From the NCBI GenBank assembly GCA_965215005.1, contig CBDCCZ010000039.1:32001-96000 (forward strand): DNA of 64,000 nt. The letters are read 5' to 3'. This document shows positions 9,263 to 20,900 of the stretch, one piece after another (position 1 is the stretch's first letter; each line of letters opens with the position of its first letter). Position numbers and translations under genes: made by a program. This DNA is from Kofleriaceae bacterium. Its GTDB lineage: Bacteria > Myxococcota_A > Polyangia > Haliangiales > Haliangiaceae. The notes beneath the pieces were generated by a model that was given only the letters and a program-made list of their open reading frames with translations, was not told where the DNA came from and did not search any database.

Positions 9263-11071
9263 ATGAGCCAGAAGCGCATCATCGCTCTGGCGCTTGCCGC
9301 GGTCGCCGCCTGCCATGCGCAGGACGGCGACCGCGGCCCCCGCGACTTTCCAGGCTCGGGCGGAGGCAAAGAAGATGCCTTTGGCCGCAGCCTGGTTGGC
9401 GTGGCGGCGCCGTACGAGCCAAATCCTGAGTTACTCAATCCAGCCGCCGAAGAGCGCCTGCGCTCCGACATGCAGTGGCGGCGTACCATCGCCTGGCAAA
9501 CCGCCTATCAGGCGCTCGACCAAGTGCCCCTCTATGGTCTTGCCGAGGCCATCGAACAAAACGACGAGCTAGTGTGGCCCGAGGGCGAGATTCCTCGAAT
9601 ACCGCGATTTCAAACATGGTATGGAGTGGACGAGATCAAGCAGATGTTCCAGCATCTCTATGAGCAGCTGGGTGCATCTGGGCGCGCTATTCGCGCCGAC
9701 TTCGATGCGGCCGCCGTCGACGAAGCGTTCGAATGGAACGCGCGCTCGATCGACCGTTCCAGCCGCTGGCCGCTCGAGCGCTATTTGCGTTACGTCGGGC
9801 AGCTGGGGGAGTGCCCCGAAGGACTCGACCCAATCGCCTGCGCCACCCACATACAAAGCGGCAGCGCCGGCGCCGCCGGCGGCATCAGCCGCATCACCTA
9901 TAGTCCGGCAACCGTTCGTCACCTACTCAATAGCTATCAGCGCATCTACGATTGCTTGGCGGAGCTAGATAGCCTCGGTTTCGGTCGCGAGCCGACGTCG
10001 GAGACAAACTTTACCGCCTGCCTCGAGTCCGAAATGCCGGCCGATGCGGTGCTGGTCAAGGCGCAGTGGGTGCGCGCCGACTTCGGCCAGACCCTGCCCA
10101 CGTACGACACTGACGCCGATGCGATGAAGGTGCTCCTTGGCGAAGGCTCGACCTCGCACTGGGGAGAGACTGGCGACCGCCAGACCAGCCCCGACGCGTC
10201 GCAGATTTACACGGTGCGGTTGCAAAACGGCAGCGTGTTTCGTCTCGCGGGGCTGCACCTGATGACCAAAGAGCTGCGCCACTGGCAGTGGCTGAGCTTG
10301 TGGTGGAGTGACCGCCCAGACGAAGACTTTGGCGCGGATCGGCCGGAGCCTGGTGCGCGATCGATCGACCCGGTCTGGAACAACTACAAGATGTGCGCCG
10401 CGAGTTGGTACGACGAGCTCGATCCGGCCCCAGAGAGTGGCTTCGAGAGTGAGCCGTCGCTGGCTCAGGCGCTCGCTGCCGTGAGCGCTGCCGCCGAAGG
10501 TTCGAGCTGGTGCAGCAACCCGTATATCGAGCGTGGCCGACACAACGCGCGCACCAACTGCATTGGCTGTCATCAGCACGGCGGCAGCAGCGTTGGCCCG
10601 GATGTCGATGGTGACGGGACCCTCGATCCGTTCGACCTCGAGGCCGTCATCAGCGATGAGCGCAGCTTCCCGCGTACCTCGCGCGCGCAGATTCGCGAGA
10701 TCTTTCCCGCCGACTACTTATGGTCATTTAATCGCGTCGACGATGTAAGCGGCGTGCTCGCCCACGAGATCGAGTTCTTCGATCGCGCCGACACCGACTC
10801 GGTGACGCCACGCATCACCGCCATCCTCGCTCGCACCGGTGATGAGGGCGCCGGCGGCGCCACGTTCGCCGAGCGCTGCGCGCCGTGCCACGGCGCCGAC
10901 GGCAGCGGCTCAGGCTGGGCTCCCTCGCTCATCGAACGGCTGCCAAGCCGCCCCGACGATAGCGTGCTGCGCACCCTCATCCAAGGACGCGGCGGAATGC
11001 CTGCCTGGGGCGAGGTGCTCGACGATCGAGCGCTCGCCGACCTGCTCGCCTACCTGCGCGCTACGTTCTGA
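9263..11071 (+). CDS. Diheme c-type cytochrome lipoprotein with a C-terminal class I cytochrome c domain
   Basis: Lipobox LAAVAAC, GGGKED motif, CIGCH, and C-terminal CAPCH...GMPAW...LLAYL; starts 6 nt after the upstream stop. Confidence 0.8.
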   Translation: MSQKRIIALALAAVAACHAQDGDRGPRDFPGSGGGKEDAFGRSLVGVAAPYEPNPELLNPAAEERLRSDMQWRRTIAWQTAYQALDQVPLYGLAEAIEQNDELVWPEGEIPRIPRFQTWYGVDEIKQMFQHLYEQLGASGRAIRADFDAAAVDEAFEWNARSIDRSSRWPLERYLRYVGQLGECPEGLDPIACATHIQSGSAGAAGGISRITYSPATVRHLLNSYQRIYDCLAELDSLGFGREPTSETNFTACLESEMPADAVLVKAQWVRADFGQTLPTYDTDADAMKVLLGEGSTSHWGETGDRQTSPDASQIYTVRLQNGSVFRLAGLHLMTKELRHWQWLSLWWSDRPDEDFGADRPEPGARSIDPVWNNYKMCAASWYDELDPAPESGFESEPSLAQALAAVSAAAEGSSWCSNPYIERGRHNARTNCIGCHQHGGSSVGPDVDGDGTLDPFDLEAVISDERSFPRTSRAQIREIFPADYLWSFNRVDDVSGVLAHEIEFFDRADTDSVTPRITAILARTGDEGAGGATFAERCAPCHGADGSGSGWAPSLIERLPSRPDDSVLRTLIQGRGGMPAWGEVLDDRALADLLAYLRATF

Positions 11072-11143
11072 GCCGCTCTTGATACAAGCGTCGACTCGTC
11101 GCGCGAGCTTGCGCGATGAGTCGATGCTTTGCAGTCGTGATGC

Positions 11144-14100
11144 TCATGGCGGGCCAACGGCTGCCGCAGGGAGTGCGATGGCCTGCAGCGCCGCGTCATC
11201 AGGTGCTTGAGTGCGCGCCGCGCGCAACAGCTGCGACGCGCGAGCCGCACCGCCGCTGGCTGCCAAACTCGGCAGGCCGACAGCAAGCACCGCGGGATTG
11301 TGCGGCGCACTCTGCAGTAGCGGCTCGATCACCGAGGCGGCAAGCGAGCTCTGCCCGTGCTGCGCAAGCCACCGACTCCAGGCAAGCCGAGCGGTGGCCG
11401 CGCGCGGATAACGAACCGTTGCGAGCCCGAAGTCCGCGTCGCTGGCCTCGAGGCCGAGCCAACGCGCCTCTTCGGGATCGAGAGCCTTGCTGGCCAGATC
11501 CGCCTCGAGCAGGGCGAGGTGGCCGCGGCGCAGCGATACCAGCGCAGCCGCGCGCCGAGAACTGCTACCGCGGATGCTAGCGGCGTCGAGATAGGCACGC
11601 GCGGCGTTCACCTCGCCAGTGCGCAACGCCAGCCATCCAAGACGCGAGTAGACCTCCGCGCGCTCCGCTGCTACGTCGCCTTGCAGCCGTCGCCAGCGGG
11701 TGAGCAGCGGCATATGTGGCAACAGCGGCTCGACGTCGGCGCCGTTGTCCATCGCCTCCGGCACCAGTCCCCGCGCCCAGGCCTCGGAGATCGCTGAGGC
11801 GGCAAGCTCGAGGCGATTGCGATCCCACCAGAAGCTAGCGACGTTCACCAACCAGCCAGTTTCCTGGCCGTCTGTCGGCATTCGCTCGGCGACCTGTGCA
11901 GCTACCTCATCGAGCGCGCCCGCCAACGTCGCGATGAAACCCGGCTGGTTGAGCAGGAGCCAGGTCATAGCCACTCCGAGATCTTCATCGGCATAGCCCG
12001 CCCGCCAAGCCGCCACGCATGCTGGCGCCGCGGCCATGGGCTCGTCGAGGTCAATGAAGATCCGACACGCGGCGCGATGGGTGCCGGCGGTATCGAGGGT
12101 GAAAAGGCTCGCAGCGGCGGCGTAAGCCTGTTGACGCACTTCCGCGTAGGTCTCGTGCTGCTCGAGCTTCCACAGCTTCCACGCGAATTCATCGTCGAGC
12201 ACGCCGGCTTCGCGCTCCGCTGCGAGCACCTCGATCTGAGTTCCGAGAGCCGTGGGTCGCTGCTGCCGCTCATCGCTCGGCACCAGCGCCATCCGCACCG
12301 CGTCGACGCCATCACCCGCGAGAAACCGCAGCGCAGCCAGCGGCCACTGCCCCGTCCATGAGCTGCGCCCAAGCCGCGTTACCGCCTCGCGTGCGAGCGC
12401 GACCGCTTCTGCGCCGCTGGTAGCGCTACTGATCGCCTCGCGCAGCTCTTCGTACGCACTCCAGGCGACCTCGTCGACCTTGGCCACCGGCACGGCCGCG
12501 GCACGCTCGGCATCACCGGCTGCGTTGATGTGCACGGCGACCTCAGCGCCGGTCCCCAATGAGCCATCGCGCAGCGCCGGCAACAGCCAAGGCGGCGCAA
12601 CGTTAACGAGCTTTGGCAGCCGGCGAGCCAGAAATTGGGCTCCATCGCTTCCAGGCGCGTTGTGCGCGACCGCCACAGCCCATTCTTGCGAGACGCCGGA
12701 ACCGTATCGCCAGAGCAGGTCTGCGAAGTGCGTCTTTGCCACTGCCCAGTCACCAGCGCTCGCTGCAGTGCGCGCCGCATCGAGCTTCTGCCAATGGCTC
12801 GACGCGGGCAGCCATCGAGCCAGCTCACGCGCCTGCGCTCGATCGCCGCTGCGACGCGCGGCTTGCGCCGCCATTGCCATAATCAGTGGTTCGTCGTGCT
12901 GCTCGAGCAGCGGCGCCAGCGCCTCGAGCACCTCTCTACTATTGCCACTGGACCACGTCTTCATCGCCCGCGACAGCTGCGCCACGCGACCGCTGATTGC
13001 TGATGCTGGGAGCGTCTCCCGCGACGATGAGCTCGACAGCCGCGGCAACGGCTCGATCGGCCAATCCGCAAACCAGAGGTCGGCCAACAGCTGCGCACCA
13101 TCGACGCCATCTTCGAGATCCGCGGCCGCCTCGCGGTACACCGTGCGGTGCCACGACGCAATCAAGCCGCCGCGCTCTCGCAAATGGCGCCGCATCGCCA
13201 CCGCATCGCCACGAACCAGCGCCAGGTGCAGGAGCCCATAGACCACCTCTTCGGTGAGCCCGAGTCGACCGCGCGCGAGCGATTCGGTGACATCGGCTAG
13301 CGAGCGCACCACGTCGGGCTCGCGTGAAGCCAAGACTCGCAGCGCCGAGCTGGGCAGTGCGGGCCAGTCGGTAATCACGCGCAACGCCCGCGCCTCGGTA
13401 GCGCCGTCGTTTTCACTATCGAGCGCATCGAGCGCCTGTAGCCGTCGACGACAGCTCGAGGTGGTCGCTTTGCGTTGTTTGCAGTCTGCCAGCAATGCGG
13501 CCGCATCACGGCTCATCCAATGCAATCGCTGCAGCGCGAGCTCACGCAGCGCCGCCGGCGCCTCGGCATCGCTGGCAACCTGGCGCAACCGATGCCATTC
13601 GACCGGGTTGTCGTAGACCGGCCAGTCGCGCGCGACCAGCCTTTGAATGGCGACCTCGGCCAGCGTCCGCTGCGCGAGCACCTCGCTCTGCCAATAGCTC
13701 GCCTCGACATGCGCGAGATAGACAGAATCGCGGCCACGATTGGCGCGGCGCCACAACCGATACGCGTCGAGATCGCCAAGCTGCAGGGCGGCGAGAGCAC
13801 GTGCTTGTTGCCGCAGCGCCGGCTCCCGCACCTTGGGTAGCATCTCGACGGCATCGCCAGATACACCTGCTTGAATCGCTGCGAATGCCAGCGCAGCGGG
13901 CGCGGCCTGCGATGTGGGAGCCGCGGCGACCAGCCGCTCGAGCCGAACCAGGTTGCCCGGCGCCTCGCTCGCCAGCGCAAGGTCTGCCAGTACCCCCGCA
14001 TCCAGCTCGAGCACGCCGCGCTGCGCCTCTGCCAGCGCCGTTCGCACCAGGCTCGCGCGCACGTCGAGCGGATCGACGGCGAGCAACGCAGCGGCAAGTG

Positions 14101-14758
14101 CATCGAGGTAGCCAGGGTCGAGCGAGTCGGAGGCAAGCGCTGCATGAAGCCGCATCCAAAGAAGCCCGGCAGCCCGCGGGCCTAGCTTGCGCAAGCTCGT
14201 CACCGGCAGCGACGACTCGCTGAAGAAGGCACGCGCGGTTTCGAGCCGCAGCTGGATTTCGGGCTTCTTTTCCGCGAGCCGCCACGCGGTCTCGTAAAGC
14301 GTGGAATCGGTGATGTTGCGAACCCGCCGCGCCGCTTCGAGATACCGCGCCGCCTGCGGATCCCCTTGCTCGATCGGCGACAGCGCTGCGATCACCAAGT
14401 GAACGTTGCCCATGGCGCCAGCAAGCTCGGCAATGCGTACCCGTTGCTGTTTACTCGCGACGCTCGCGCGCGGCAGCCGCTCGGTTGCCGCCAACCCGCC
14501 AAGCACCTCCAGATATCGCCACGCTGCCCACTGTGCCTCGACGGCATTGCCGAGCTCGTACTCCAGCTCGAACAGCCGCCGCAGGCGCTCGAGCTCATCG
14601 CTAGCGGTGGTGCCAAGCGGCTCCCCCAGCGCTCCCAAGGAAAGCCGCGCCGCCACCTGCTCATCGGCGACCGGCGCGCTCGGCCCGACGGCTGCATGGC
14701 CACATCCCATGAAAACTATAACGAGAACCGCCGCGGCTCGTCCCGCCGACCTCCGCAT
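11144..14758 (-). CDS. Large Ala/Leu-rich helical (TPR-like) putative lipoprotein, function unknown
   Basis: Long ORF; AGGAG upstream of ATG 14758; signal peptide ending VIVFMGC; TPR-like amphipathic repeats. Confidence 0.65.
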   Translation of the reverse strand: MRRSAGRAAAVLVIVFMGCGHAAVGPSAPVADEQVAARLSLGALGEPLGTTASDELERLRRLFELEYELGNAVEAQWAAWRYLEVLGGLAATERLPRASVASKQQRVRIAELAGAMGNVHLVIAALSPIEQGDPQAARYLEAARRVRNITDSTLYETAWRLAEKKPEIQLRLETARAFFSESSLPVTSLRKLGPRAAGLLWMRLHAALASDSLDPGYLDALAAALLAVDPLDVRASLVRTALAEAQRGVLELDAGVLADLALASEAPGNLVRLERLVAAAPTSQAAPAALAFAAIQAGVSGDAVEMLPKVREPALRQQARALAALQLGDLDAYRLWRRANRGRDSVYLAHVEASYWQSEVLAQRTLAEVAIQRLVARDWPVYDNPVEWHRLRQVASDAEAPAALRELALQRLHWMSRDAAALLADCKQRKATTSSCRRRLQALDALDSENDGATEARALRVITDWPALPSSALRVLASREPDVVRSLADVTESLARGRLGLTEEVVYGLLHLALVRGDAVAMRRHLRERGGLIASWHRTVYREAAADLEDGVDGAQLLADLWFADWPIEPLPRLSSSSSRETLPASAISGRVAQLSRAMKTWSSGNSREVLEALAPLLEQHDEPLIMAMAAQAARRSGDRAQARELARWLPASSHWQKLDAARTAASAGDWAVAKTHFADLLWRYGSGVSQEWAVAVAHNAPGSDGAQFLARRLPKLVNVAPPWLLPALRDGSLGTGAEVAVHINAAGDAERAAAVPVAKVDEVAWSAYEELREAISSATSGAEAVALAREAVTRLGRSSWTGQWPLAALRFLAGDGVDAVRMALVPSDERQQRPTALGTQIEVLAAEREAGVLDDEFAWKLWKLEQHETYAEVRQQAYAAAASLFTLDTAGTHRAACRIFIDLDEPMAAAPACVAAWRAGYADEDLGVAMTWLLLNQPGFIATLAGALDEVAAQVAERMPTDGQETGWLVNVASFWWDRNRLELAASAISEAWARGLVPEAMDNGADVEPLLPHMPLLTRWRRLQGDVAAERAEVYSRLGWLALRTGEVNAARAYLDAASIRGSSSRRAAALVSLRRGHLALLEADLASKALDPEEARWLGLEASDADFGLATVRYPRAATARLAWSRWLAQHGQSSLAASVIEPLLQSAPHNPAVLAVGLPSLAASGGAARASQLLRAARTQAPDDAALQAIALPAAAVGPP

Positions 14759-14989
14759 ATCTGCTCCTAGATTCATCACGCCATCACCCTGTTCATCTTC
14801 GTCAACGCTGGCCTCGACCGCTGAAACCACTCCGCAGGAGGAGTATCGGGAATCAAGCGTCATCGTTGCGCACTCTACGCATCGAGCCGCGACTGCCGCA
14901 GCGGGTCAACCACCCGCGCAACCAATTCAATCGCCCGCCGATGCTCTGATCTTGCTCGGGCTCACGAGCTGACAACGCGCGCCCGCGGG

Positions 14990-17900
14990 TTAGGCCGCGA
15001 CGGCTCGCGCGCGCTCGCTGCGGACGGCGAAGTAGTCGTCACTGATGGCGTAGGAGAGCAGGTCGCGCGCTGGATGATTTTGCGCCAGCCGCGTCGCATC
15101 GAGGACGGCACGACCTAAGAGCACGCGTAGCGCGGCATGGAGGTCCTCGCACACTACGAAGGCAGCGCGGGTCACGGTGGCGTCGACGGCGCGCGACCAC
15201 GAGGCAACATCGGCGACCTCGGCGCGCAACAGCTCGCGCACCGCAAACTGCAAGTGACGGCGCTCATCGCCACGCAGGCCGCTGGCGAACGCTTGCGCAT
15301 AGGGCGCGGCGAGCGCGTGCTCGCGCTTGGGGATCGGCACGTCGGGGCACGCCGTCGCGATGGCGGCAACCACGGCGGCGCGCAGCTCGGCAACACCGGG
15401 AATCGCCACGGTGGCGAGGTACTCGGGACGAGCGCGGGCGAGCTCGCGAGCGAAGGCGAACGTGAGCCAGGCGGGCGACTCACCGCGACCGGCATCGGGG
15501 GCGGCGATGAGCGCCGGCGTCGGACCGCTGCGACTGGTCGCGTAGGTCAAGAACACCGGGTCGCGAAAGCCGCCATCGAGCAACACCGGCGGTGCCGCCA
15601 CGCCCACCGCGCGAGCAACCTCCCGCAGCACTCGATGCAGCGGCGAAAGCGGCGTCGCGTCGCTCGTAGAGGGCGCCCGCGCCAGCGCTCGATCAGCCAC
15701 CACCGCCGCCGCTCGCCACACTGCCGCCATCACCGCGCCCAGATGCGGATCTTCGTCCTGATGACGGATATGCGCCCAGTACTGCGGCAGAAGCTCGCTC
15801 GGGCCGTTGTGGCCAAACCGGGCCTGGCGACGCTCGACGAAGCTCTTCTCGACGGCCGCCGCTCGACCAGTGGCCACCAGCGCGCGAAAGACGCACCAGG
15901 CCTGTTCTTCGCCACCAGCATCGAGATAAATGCGCCCCAGGTCGCGATAGCTCTGCGCGTGCAGCGGGTCGTCCCGGAGCAGATCGCGGTGCTGCGCCAC
16001 CGCTTTATCGACTTGGTCAGCACCGGCGATGACGTAGAGCTCGGCGAGAATCTCGCGCCGCTCGCTGCCTTTGGGATCGAGATGCTGGGCGACCTCGAAG
16101 GCGTCGATCGCATCGCTCAGCCGCGCCAAGCGCGTCCGGTAGATCTCGCCGAGAGAATCCCACAGCGATGCCAGCGCCGGATGACCTTTGGGCAGTCGCT
16201 GAATCATCGCGCGATACGCCCGCTCTTGCCCACTCCAGTCGCGCGCCTCCGTGAGCAGCGCATCGATGTCGACGAAGGCCTGCATCGCGCGCGTGACCAT
16301 GGCGTCGGTGAGCTTGCCGGGATCGGCAAAGAAGCTCGCAAGCGCGCACTCGAATCGCTCTGTAGCGGCTTTGGGCTCGCCCAGCTCGTCACGCAAGATG
16401 GCCGCCGCGGCCTGATGATACGAGCCACAGCGCACCGCGTCCGGCTCGCAGGCGACGAACCGGTCGATGACATCGATTGCCATCTCCCACTCCCCGAGCT
16501 CGGCGCATAGCTCGAGCGCGCGCTGCAAGCGGCGGTGATTGCCAGGAGTGAGCTCGAGCGCCTGAAAGTATGCATCGAGCGCCTCGCGCGAGTCGCCCAA
16601 CACGTCGGCAGCCAACTGCCCAATGTCCTCGAAAACCTGCGCTGCGACCGCTCCCTCACTGAGCTGCGCCAGGCTGCGCTTGGCCTCGATCGCGGCTGCC
16701 GCATCGCCGGCCGCCGCGCACAGCTCCGAGGTTGCAACCAGTGCTTCGTAGTGGTTGGGCTCGAGAGCAAGCGCCTGCGCGAGCACCTCGATTCCGCGGT
16801 CACGCTCACCGGTGTTGGCCAGTGCCACTCCGAGACGACAATAGAGGTCGGCACTGGCGGTCGAGCTCGCGCCGAGATAGGCGCGGTAGCCCGCGACCGC
16901 GGCGTGAAATTCGCCAGTGGCGAAGTTTGCCTCCGCCAACCCCAACAACACGGCCGGCGAAGCAGCGATTTCACGCGCTTCTAGAAAGAAGCGCTTGGCG
17001 GAGGCGTGCTCACCACGCGCCGCCGCGCAGCGCCCGGCTCGCTCGCACTGCACCGCGCGCTTCGCGGCATCCGGCGCCGCGTGTCGCAGGTGGCGAATCA
17101 CCACCTCCATCACCGGCGCGAGCTCGTCCCAGCGCGAGGCTTCATCGTAGAGCTCGGCGAGCGACTGCGCGGCATCGATCATGCTTGGTTCTAAAGCAAA
17201 CGCGCTCGCCATGCACCGGGTGCCATCGTCGGTGCGGCCCAAGCGATCGAGGTGAATGCGGCCGGCTCGATGCCAGAGCCCCGGCGCTTCGATCGCGCTG
17301 TGCGTGCGCTCCGCGGCTTGCTCGAGCCACATCGCGGTCTGCGCCCACATGCCGCGGCCTTCGTAGAGCGCCGCTAGCTCCAGGCGCGGCTCGGCAGTGT
17401 CCAGCAAGCGAGCCGCGCACAATAGGTGCGATTCGGCGTCGCGATCATGGCCGCCGCGAATGATCACTCGACCGAGCGCGAAGTGCAGCGGCCCGCGTTC
17501 GGCCTCCGCGGTGAACTCTAGAGCGTGCTCGAGCGCGCTGGCCGCGCGACTCCAGCGCTCGGCGCGTTCACAGGCGCGCCCAAGCGCCGCCCACGCCGCG
17601 CCACTGCTGGGCGCAAACGCCAGTGCCTCTTCGTAGCTCGCAACGGCAGCGTCGACATCGCCGGCACCGCGCTCGAGCACCTCGCCAAGCTCGATCAAGC
17701 GGGCGATGCGCACCTCTTCGTCGTCGTCATTCGCGAGCTGGCGGCGATATACCCGTGCAAGCTCGTCCCACCGCTCGAGCCGACGATAGAGCCGCACCAG
17801 CTCGGGATAGAGCTCGTAGCGCTCCGGGGCAAGCTCGAGGAGTCGCTCCCACGCAGCCGCTGCCTCCGCGATCGCGCCGGCTCTCTCGCTCACCCGCGCG

Positions 17901-20900
17901 AGCCGCTCGCAGAGCGAGATGCGCGCGCCGTCATCGTTGGCGGCGGCGAGCTGCAGCGACAGCGACTGAGCGACCGCAGCGAGATCGCCCACCCGCTGCC
18001 CGAGTCGCTCGGCTGCAACTTGAGCGACTGTCGAGTGTGGAGCGATCGCCAACACCTGACGATAGGCGGCGAGCGCCTCGGTGGGCGAGCCGAGGTGGTC
18101 TTCGCTAACGGTTGCCAGCTCGAGCAACCACGCACTCGCATGGTCGTCAGTGCCGTTCTCGATGAGGCGACGCAGCACCGACTCGAGCTCGCGCCACGCC
18201 TCGGCGGCGCGACACACAGGCTGTAGCGCCAGCAGCGAGGGCAGATGGTGAGGATCGAGGGTGAGAGCGCGCTCATGGGCCCAGCGATGCAGCTCGTCGT
18301 CGCTAAGGTGCTCGCGGGACAGCGCGCCCAGCTGGGTGTAGAGCGATACCTGGCGCGCTTCATCGTTGGCGACCTCGATGGCGTCGACCAAGGTCTCGGC
18401 GAGCGTTCCCCACGCCTGCGCACGCCGGTGCGCTGCAATCGAGAGGTCCCAGGCAGCGTGCTCGTAGGGCTGCGACGCCAAGGCGTGCGCGGCCGCGGTA
18501 CGCGCCGACTCGGCATCGTCGAGCTCGACCAGATACCAGCGCCCGAGCAACGTCCAAAGCGCAGCGGCTTGCTCGTGCGCATCGCTAGCAGTGAGCTCTT
18601 GCACGTGCTCGAGCAGCTCCTCCAAGAGCCGGTGCCAAGCGCCAAGTACGTGAGCCAACTGCGCCAGCTGCGCCGCCGCCTCCTGCTGGCGAGCATCCGC
18701 GCGCACCACGTCGAGCCAGATTTCCAGCGCCAGGAGCGGCTCTCCCAGCTCGGCCTGCGCCAGCGCCGCCGCCTGCGAAAGCAGCGCGACACGGTCCTGC
18801 GGGCGTTTTGCGGCACGAGCGCGCAACAGCTGGAGCAGGTCTCGCCAGCGCTCGGCGGCGCGATAAATCCGCTCGAGCTCATCGAGCGCATCGTCGCCGC
18901 TGAGGGACTTGCACAATAGCGCTGCGCGGTCGAGCTGCCCGAGCTCACTGCGATACACCACCGCGAGCTCGAGCTGCAGCTGGTGCCGCAACGCCGGCTC
19001 CTGGGTCCAAGAAGCATGGTCTTCGAGCAACGCGGCGCATTCCGGCCAGCGCCGCGCCGCGGCCAGAAGCCGAGCCAGCTCTTGAGCGGCGGCGTCATCG
19101 CGGTCGAGCTCATAGCGGCGCTGGCAGGCAGCGACGGCGCGATCCAGTCGACCGCAGCGCTCCTCGAGCTCGGCGAGCTCACGAAAGCGCTCGCCGGCGC
19201 GCGCGATGGGCTCGTCGGGCAGCCGCAACAGTCGCCAAAGCGTCTCAGCGTGGGCCGAACCATCGGCTTCGCTGCGATAGTGATCGAGGAGCGCTTCGAG
19301 AGCGCCACGGTCCTCCTGATGCTCGAGGCTGCGCTCGAGCGCATCGGCAGCGGCAAGCGCATCACCACAGCCGCGCACCTGAGCGGCGGCGATCTGCCGC
19401 AACAGCCGCGCCTTCGCCCCAGGTCCATCGGTGGCTGCACAAAGCGCTTCGAGCGCCAGCACCAAGTCGGTTACTCGGCCCGCGCGCCACGCGAGCATGC
19501 AGCGCAGCTCGAGCGCACGACAATCGCGCGGCCGGGCCGCGAGCGCCTGCTTGCAATGATCGAGCGCAAGACTCTCGTCGAGGACCGCTTGACCATAGAC
19601 CTCGGCGGCGCGGAGATGCAGCTCGGCGCGCTCCTCGGCGTCTTCCGTGCTGCGCAGACGTTGCTCGTAGAGCGCGACCAACGCGCGCCAGTCTTCACTG
19701 CGCAGATGCAGCCGTTCCAAGGCCTCTAGCGCTTCGAGGTTGCGCCCGTCTTTGTCCAGCACCGCCTCATAAGAGCTTCTTGCTTTGTCGCGGTCTCCCA
19801 GCCAGCGCTCGTAGAGACGGCCCCGACGCAGCTCGCACACCGCTACCTCGGCATCGCTCTTGGCGCGGGGGAGGAGCTCACTGAGCACGTCGAGCAGCTC
19901 GAGTGCATCTTCATCGCTGCCGCACAGGCGCTCGAGCGCAGTGACGCTTTCGGATTGGTTGCCTCCGCACAGGATGACCTGCCGATAGGCCGCTGCCGCC
20001 GCTGCGAGCTCCCCGCGCCGCTCGCACACCAGCGCGATCTTGCGCAAGATCATCGGCTCATCGGGATCGCCGGCGAGCTGCTCGCGATACAGCGCCTCGA
20101 GCAGCTCCCAGCGTTGCGTCTCCGTGTACGCGGCCTCGAGCGCATCGGCGACCTCACGACGCCGGCAGCCGCGCTGCCAGAGATCCTCGAACATGGCGAG
20201 CACGTGGCCTTCGGCGCGCTCATCCGCGAGCAGGCGCGTGAGACACGCCAAACCGTCATCGACCTCTTCGAGGTGCTCGACGAGCACTTCCGCGAGCCGC
20301 AGCTCGAGCTCTCGACGCTCCATCGGCTCCTGTGCGGCTTCGAGCCGGCGCTCGAGAAGCGTCGCCAGGTCTGCCCACTGCTGTTCCTGCTCGTAGAGCC
20401 GCGCCAATGACCACATGGCGTCGCGGTCTTGAGGAACCGCGGCAAGGGCGTTGCGATAAGCGGTCATCGCGCGGCGAGGAGCTCGCGCTTCTTCCTCGAA
20501 CAGCTGGCCGGCGCTCAAGAGCAGTAGCCGACGACGCTCGGGGCTCGAGCACTGCTCTGCGACCCAGGCCTCGAGCTCGGCGAGCTCACGCCAAGCACCG
20601 AGCTCGGCACCGAGTCGCTGCAGGTGAGTGAGCAGCGGCTCATCATCGGCATCCTCTGCGAGTGCCCGCGACAACGCATCGAATGCCTGCCGCGCACAGC
20701 GCAGCCGCCGGTCATAGAGTTGGCCCGCGTGACGCAACAGGGCAGCGCGAACCGCGACGTCGAGACAATCTTCGGCGGCTTGTTCGAGCGCTGCAGCGAT
20801 GCGCCACGCGTCGTCGTCAGCGTCGCACGCCGCTTCCAGCACCGCAGCAACCTCGAGCGCGATGTGCGGAGCTTCGCCAATGAGTGAGCACGCGGCCTCG

